From assembly GCA_963831475.1 (NCBI GenBank), contig CAWHQF010000020.1, positions 126,497 to 190,496 on the forward strand: 64,000 nt of DNA. The letters are read 5' to 3'. The stretch's first letter is position 1, and every line of letters starts with the position of its first letter. A model generated the notes under the pieces. It was not told the DNA's origin. It saw nothing but the letters and a program-made list of their open reading frames with translations, and did not search any database. Shown piece after piece: positions 58,042 to 64,000 of the stretch. The position numbers and the translations under genes are program-made. This stretch comes from an uncultured Alphaproteobacteria bacterium (GTDB lineage Bacteria > Pseudomonadota > Alphaproteobacteria > Rhizobiales > Xanthobacteraceae).

Positions 58042-58140
58042 AAAAAAGGAGCCGCCGTTGCCGGCGGCTCGAAGTTGATAACAGGGAGGCGTCAAACAGA
58101 GTGGACAGGAGCCACTCAATGTCCACATGAAGATGGACAA
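58042..58140 (-). ncRNA. Small RNA, probably BjrC1505 family
   Basis: Two 5' hairpins (UGUCCA/UGGACA; GAGUGG-CUCCUGU-CCACUC), single-stranded GCCUCCCUG, terminator GAGCCGCCG-GCAA-CGGCGGCUC plus U-run; between DUF1192 and rcdA. Family name is from recalled synteny, not a search. Confidence 0.7.
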
Positions 58141-58162
58141 TGACAGTAATGGTCGAGAAAGC

Positions 58163-58177
58163 TTAACGACAACTTAA
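58163..58177. promoter_or_regulatory. Full CtrA box TTAA-N7-TTAA
   Basis: TTAA-CGACAAC-TTAA at about the -35 position of the predicted sRNA. Confidence 0.7.
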
Positions 58178-58259
58178 GAAACTGCGCACAAAGCCAATTA
58201 ATTTCTGAGTACCCGGTGTGACGTTACCGCTGGCCTCGGGCGACAGACTTGACCGATCG

Positions 58260-58454
58260 TCAGCGTTTGAAGAACTGGTCGGCCGCCACGCGAGACGTTT
58301 GTTTTTGTACTATGTCCGCTTCGAGTCGATTGATCTCGTCATGCAGCAGCTTCACCCGCGCACCAAGCTCTTCGACTGAAAGCAAAGTGAGATCTTGGCC
58401 GATCTCATGCGCGATTTTCTTCTTTGGTTTGTCGTCGTCATCGATTGCCGGCAT
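58260..58454 (-). CDS. DUF1192 family small protein
   Basis: HEIGQDLTLLSVEEL..R...L..EI.RLEA...A...FF; AGGAGG RBS. Confidence 0.88.
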   Translation of the reverse strand: MPAIDDDDKPKKKIAHEIGQDLTLLSVEELGARVKLLHDEINRLEADIVQKQTSRVAADQFFKR

Positions 58455-58556
58455 CGTGAGCCTCCTGCGGCATGAAATTTAGCTGCCGCCGGCGTGGTTG
58501 TCACATCAGCAATGGCCGCCTAAACAGTGCTTCGGATCGCAAAATACGAGGAACCG

Positions 58557-59553
58557 ATGGCTTCTCTTCCGACCCAAATGACAGTGATTGGCATCAAGGC
58601 CGCCGGCGGCCCGGACATGCTCGTACCGATTCGGCAATCGGTTCCCCTTCCCGGCGCCGGTGAGATTCTGCGTGAGGGTCGCGGCCGCCGGCGTGAATCG
58701 GCCGGATGTCATGCAGCGTATGGGCCTCTATCCGCCACCGCCCGGCGCATCCGATATTCCCGGTCTCGAAATCGCCGGAGAAATCGCAGCAGTCGGGGTA
58801 GGCGTCAGACGCTGGAAGACCGGCGACCGCGTCATGGCTCTCGTGGTCGGCGGCGGCTATGCCGAATATTGTCTGGCGCACGAAAGCCATGCATTGCCTA
58901 CTGCCGGCCTCACAATGATCGAGGCGGCTGCAGTCCCGGAAACATTCTTCACCGTCTGGCACAATGCATTTGAACGGGGTGGATTGAAAAGCGGCGAAAC
59001 GCTGCTCGTCCATGGCGGCTCTTCCGGCATCGGCACCGCCGCCATCCAACTTGCAAAGGCGCGCGGCGCGCGAGTCATTACAACTGCCGGCACGCCGGAA
59101 AAGTGCGAAGCGTGCAAAAGGCTCGGCGCCGATGTTGCCATTAACTATAAGGCCGAGGACTTCGTCGCGGCGACCAAGGCAGCGACGGTGGACCGAGGCG
59201 CAGAGGTTATATTGGACATGGTCGGTGGAGATTATATCGCGCGCAATTATGAAGCCGCCGCCGTGGAGGGGCGAATCGTGCAGATTGCATTTCAAGGTAG
59301 CCCGAAAGCGACGGTGGATTTTCGCCGCATCATGCTCAAGCGGCTGCACCATACAGGCTCAACGTTGCGTTCGCGCTCAATTGCCGACAAGGGCGCCATT
59401 GCACGGGCCGTTGAAGACAACGTGCTGCCGTTGATTGGAGATGGAAAGGTCAAGCCGGTCATCTACAAGACATTTTCGCTGCAGGATGCGAGCGCCGCAC
59501 ATACACTCATGGAATCAAGCACACATATCGGCAAAATCGTGCTAACAGTTTGA
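58557..59553 (+). CDS. NAD(P)H-quinone oxidoreductase, PIG3 family (one extra base near 58671)
   Basis: GGP..L...P.PGAGEIL then frame change to VRVAAAGVNRPD..QR.G.YPPP; HGGSSGIG; length 3n+1. Confidence 0.9.
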
Positions 59554-59703
59554 TCGAATGTCCGTTTTTTCAATAGCCGCGAAATCGGCGCAATGTCGGA
59601 CTTAAAACTTAACAGGGTACGATTGTTTGCAGCTTTTCACCGTAGGCAAGGCCGTGGTTACGCGCTTCGAAGCACTGCTGCGGGCGGGGGACTTGGCTTG
59701 ATC

Positions 59704-62591
59704 ATGACGCGTGGCCTGACGACGCTAGCCATAGCGTTCTGCGTGTCTCTGCTGGCAGCTGCTTCCGCCAACGCAGTGGATGCGATCAATGTCCGAATCG
59801 ACGCGTCGGCTATCGATTTGACGGCCGCTACCGAACTGCAGAAGACCGACGGCGACCGCATTCAGGTGTCCACCGCGCCTGGTCCCGATGGGATCGTACG
59901 ACGAATCGAAGTGCGTGCGCGTGAAGGCAACAATAATTGGGCAGTGTTCGCGCTCACTAACAACAGCGACGAGCAGATCGATCGATTAATCGTCGTGCCC
60001 CACTACCGGATGGTCGGGTCCGGACTATTCTGGCCCGACCTCGGACTCTCGCGCATCGCAGCGATCACGCCGTCGACCGGCGACCGTCCCGTGCGGCAAG
60101 AAGGGGCCACGGCGGATGTGTTCCGTATTACCCTGGACCCGGGCACAGTCATCACGCTCGTCGCAGAACTACGCACCGACAAGCTTCCGCAGATCTATCT
60201 GTGGGAACCCGATGCTTACAAGGACAAGGTCAATTCGTTCACCCTCTACTATGGAATCGTAATCGGGATCGCCGGACTGCTGGCGCTGTTCCTCACCATA
60301 CTTTTCGTGGTGAAGGGCTCAATCATGTTTCCTGCGGCCGCAGCCCTTGGCTGGGCTGTGTTGATCTATATCGGCATCGACTTCGGTTTCTGGGGCAAGG
60401 TCTTCGACATGTCTGCCGGCGCGGAGCGCGTTTGGCGAGCCTGCGGTGAAGCTATCCTTTCGGCAACGCTGCTGGTGTTTCTGTTTGCCTACCTAAATCT
60501 GTCACGCTGGCATGTGCGCTATGCCCACATCACGATCGCCTGGCTGGCCGCCCTCGCCGCGCTGATTGCTGTTGCCGTGTTTGATCCGGCCGTCGCCGCC
60601 GGCATCGCGCGCATGTCGCTCGCCGGCATTGCCGTCTTTGGCCTCGCCCTCGTCATCTATCTTTCCACGCATGGATTTGACCGTGCGGTGCTGTTGATTC
60701 CGACATGGCTGTTACTCGTTGTCTGGACCATGGCCGCCGGACTGGCCGTGACCGGCCTGGTGACCAACGACATTATTGGCCCGGCGCTGCTCGGCGGCCT
60801 TGTGCTGATCGTGATGCTGATCGGATTCACGGTCATGCAACATGCCTTCGCGGGCGGGATTACGCACGGAATCGTTTCCGACGTTGAGCGCCGCGCGCTC
60901 GCGCTCACCGGCGCCGGTGACCTGATCTGGGACTGGGATGTTTCCGCCGATAAAATTTTCACCAGTCCCGAAACTGAGCACATGCTCGGCCTCAAGCGCG
61001 GCGCGCTCGAAGGACCGGCGGCGGCGTGGCTCGAGGTGCTGCACCCGCTTGATCGCGATCGATTTCGCGCGTCACTCGATAGCGTGGTCGAGCAGCGCCG
61101 CGGCCGACTTACTCAGGATTTCCGGCTGCGAACCGCCGACGGCCACTATCTCTGGTTCGCGCTCAAAGCACGCCCCGTCGTCGGTTCCGACGGCGAGGTC
61201 GTGCGGTTGGTTGGAACGCTCACTGACGTGACGGATATTAAGAATGCCGAAGAACGGCTGCTTTTCGACGCAGTCCACGACAATCTCACCGGATTGCCCA
61301 ACCGCGAGCTGTTCATCGATCGCATGGAGGCGGCTTTTGGCTTTGCGCGGGCCGATCCGCAGATTCGACCGTCGATCGTTGTGATCGATCTAGATCGCTT
61401 TAAACAGGTAAATGACTCCGTCGGTATCGCCGTGGGTGATTCCATCTTGCTCACGATCGCGCGCCGCCTGTCGCGATTGCTCAAGCCACAGGACACGCTC
61501 GCAAGGCTTTCGGGCGACCAGTTCGCGTTGATCCTGCTGTCCGAGCGCGAACCCGCGCGCATCGTCGCATTTGCGGAAACGATCCGACGCACCTTGCGCG
61601 CGCCGATTGCATTCAACGACCGCGAAATCTTCCTGACTGCCTCGATCGGGCTCGCTCTCGCGGAGAACCAAGCGCACCGTACCGACGAAGTTCTCAAGGA
61701 CGCCGAGCTGGCGATGTACTACGCCAGCGAATCGGCGGAGATCGCATCGAAATATTCAAGCCGGCCATGCGCTCCCGCAAGACCGATCGGCTGACCATGG
61801 AATCGGAGTTACGCCGCGCCATCGAACGCGAAGAGATCAAGGTCCTATTTCAGCCGATCGTGCGCCTGGAAGACCGGGCGATTGCGGGCTTCGAAGCGTT
61901 GGCGCGGTGGGATCACCCCAAGCTTGGGCGTCTCTCCCCGGCGGAGTTCATTTCGATTGCCGAGGAAATTGGACTGATTGTCGACCTTGGCCTTTTCGTG
62001 CTCGACTACACCGCCAAGCAGCTGGCCCAATGGCAGGCCGCTACGCGCGCTCGTGAGCCGGTTTTTGCGAGCGTAAACGTGTCATCGCGTCAGCTCCTGC
62101 GTCACGATCTGATCCAGGATCTGCGCGGCGTACTTGGCCGCACGGCGCTGGCACGGGGCACGCTGAAGCTCGAGATCACTGAATCGCTGGTGATGGAAAA
62201 TCCGGAGCATGCCGCCCAGATGCTGACACGGATCAAGGAGCTTGGCGCCGGATTGTCGCTGGATGATTTTGGCACCGGCCATTCCTCGCTGGCATATCTG
62301 CAGCGCTTCCCGTTCGACACCATCAAGATCGACCAATCCTTCGTAAGAACAACATCGCGCGGCACGCGGCCGGTCATCCTGCGCTCGATCATCGCACTTG
62401 CACATGATCTCGGGATGGAAGTGGTCGCCGAAGGGGCGGAAACCAATTCCGACGCGGTCGAGCTCTACCAGCTTGGCTGCGAATACGCGCAAGGGTTCGC
62501 ATTCGGGGAGCCAATGACCGCTGATGCCGCCCGCGATTTGCTGATCGACAAGCCGAGCAGGCTGCGTGCGCTCAAGATTGCCTCGGAGTAA
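59704..62591 (+). CDS. RgsP-like membrane sensor: periplasmic domain, 7TM, PAS, degenerate GGDEF, EAL (one base missing near 61726)
   Basis: WDWD..H P.D PAS; HDNLTGLPNR, SGDQF; FEALARW, DDFGTGHSSL; frames join as AMYYA[K]RIGGDRIEIFKPAMRS. Confidence 0.88.
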
Positions 62592-62600
62592 ATTCGAGAC

Positions 62601-63224
62601 TTACGCGTGGCCTGCTTCGCTCGACAACATGCCGAGGTCGATGCCGATCTTACGTAGCGCTTTTTCGTATTTTACGTCGGTATTCTGTCCGAAAATCAGC
62701 TCGGGATCAGCGGCGCAGTGCAGCCACCCGTTTTGCTGAATCTCCTCCTCGAGCTGGCCGGGTGCCCAGCCAGCATAGCCGAGGGCGAGAATAGCACTGG
62801 CCGGTCCGTTGCCGCGCGCGATCGCCTTGAGGATATCGAGCGTTGCGGTCAGGCAGATACCTTCATCGATCGGCAAGGTCGAATTTTCGATAAAAAAATC
62901 CGCCGAATGCAGGACGAAACCGCGTCCTGTCTCAACCGGGCCGCCTTTGAGCACCTTCAAATCTTCGGCACGGTCGGGAAGCTGGATGCGCTCGGCAGCC
63001 GGTATAACTTCAAGCTGAACCAAGAGATCGGGAAATTTGATGTTCTGTGCCGGATGATTGACGATGATTCCCATAGCGCCTTCGGTTGAGTGGGCGCATA
63101 CGTAAATCACCGCCCGCGCGAAACGTTCGTCGTTCATCGCCGGCATCGCGATTAGCATCTGGCCGTCGAGATAGCCGCGGGCCGGAGGGGGTGTTGGCTC
63201 CGCCGCTTTGCGTGAAATCTTCAT
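62601..63224 (-). CDS. YqgE/AlgH family protein
   Basis: LIAMP.M.D.RF, GGPV..GRGFVLH, LGYAGW.PGQLE.E...N.W. Confidence 0.93.
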   Translation of the reverse strand: MKISRKAAEPTPPPARGYLDGQMLIAMPAMNDERFARAVIYVCAHSTEGAMGIIVNHPAQNIKFPDLLVQLEVIPAAERIQLPDRAEDLKVLKGGPVETGRGFVLHSADFFIENSTLPIDEGICLTATLDILKAIARGNGPASAILALGYAGWAPGQLEEEIQQNGWLHCAADPELIFGQNTDVKYEKALRKIGIDLGMLSSEAGHA

Positions 63225-63401
63225 GGCAAAAGGTTACCCGATAGATCCGTCTTTGCAAACGAAGCTTGCGGCCGAAAGTTCAATCGTTCACCGTTATAAT
63301 TTAATACGACAATTGTGGCGGCGGCCCGGCCAGTGGTGTTCAACGCCCGCTCACGATGATTTCAGTGGCGCGGCATGCCGTTACCAACTAGATCGTCCTG
63401 A

Positions 63402-64000
63402 ATGAACGATATTCACAGAACATTTTGCGTAATTTCGGTTTCGTGCCTGTTTGTTGCCCTGACAGGCGCGCTGGCGCAGGCTGCGGACGAATCACCCTGG
63501 AACGAGGACGTCCGTTCGGCGGTGCGGCTGATTGCCGGAAGCAATACGAGCAGCACTGCCACATTGCGTGCCGGCGTCGAAATTAAATTGCGCCCCGGCT
63601 GGAAAACCTACTGGCGCTATCCGGGCGATTCCGGCGTGCCGCCAAATTTCGATTTCTCCGGCTCGGAGAATCTGAAACGTGCAGAGGTTCTTTATCCGGC
63701 CCCGCACTTGTTCACCGACGAGACCGGCCAATCACTCGGCTACAAAGGCACGGTGATTTTTCCGCTCGCCATCACACCGCAGCAGGAGGACAAGCCGGTC
63801 CGCCTGCACGTGAAGGTCGACTATGCAGTGTGTGAGAAATTATGCGTTCCAGCTGAGGGCACTGCCGAACTTGTGCTTAACGGCGGCGAAAGCTCCCAGA
63901 ATACGACGCTTATGACCGCGGAGGCGCACGTACCCAAGCGAGTTACTCCCGCGCAACTTGGCCTGACCCTACGGCGGACCAAGAGCGGTCCAAAACCGGT
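63402..64000 (+). CDS. DsbD N-terminal-like (disulfide corrector) secreted protein; runs off window end
   Basis: Manual translation: signal peptide, VRLIAG, GWKTYWRYPGDSGVPP, AVCEKLCVP. Confidence 0.85.
   Translation, partial: MNDIHRTFCVISVSCLFVALTGALAQAADESPWNEDVRSAVRLIAGSNTSSTATLRAGVEIKLRPGWKTYWRYPGDSGVPPNFDFSGSENLKRAEVLYPAPHLFTDETGQSLGYKGTVIFPLAITPQQEDKPVRLHVKVDYAVCEKLCVPAEGTAELVLNGGESSQNTTLMTAEAHVPKRVTPAQLGLTLRRTKSGPKP

Noticed and set aside
57653-58126. 157-aa minus-strand ORF across the sRNA
   Set aside because: Runs through a terminator and out of frame into rcdA; the RNA structure explains the sequence better
17865-62591. Programmed frameshifting or phase variation as a shared explanation for the ftsH, qor and EAL frameshifts
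   Set aside because: No common slippery sequence or repeat tract, unrelated genes, mixed +1/-1 indels; sequencing error is simpler
1-64000. tRNA, rRNA, IS, integrase or prophage
   Set aside because: No recognisable signatures; nearly all the sequence is accounted for by the listed genes

Overview
64 kb of GC-rich alphaproteobacterial chromosome (gene order and protein style fit Hyphomicrobiales, Xanthobacteraceae/Nitrobacteraceae-like). It is mostly core genome: glcD/E/F, ftsH-tilS-cpoB-pal-tolBARQ, ybgC-ruvBAC-yebC-ymdB-ygfA-6S RNA-zapA, tkt-gap-pgk-fba, suhB, rpmE, rcdA, an RgsP-like PAS-GGDEF-EAL protein and yqgE. Small accessory inserts sit between these blocks. I see no rRNA, tRNA, CRISPR array, phage or IS. 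Points worth a second look: (i) a low-oxygen gene neighbourhood with several FNR/FixK-type boxes; (ii) a TetR/DUF2852 module with a shared 19-bp operator visible in the sequence; (iii) an sRNA with anti-Shine-Dalgarno motifs and a perfect CtrA box next to rcdA; (iv) an orphan MotA/MotB-like ion-motor pair; (v) a flavin monooxygenase plus His-rich beta-propeller pair inserted between ruvC and yebC; (vi) an LLM monooxygenase inside glcDEF; (vii) REP-like palindromes. Three clear single-base frameshifts (ftsH, quinone oxidoreductase, RgsP-like) most likely reflect sequencing/assembly error. All calls come from motif recognition by eye; no database search was run.
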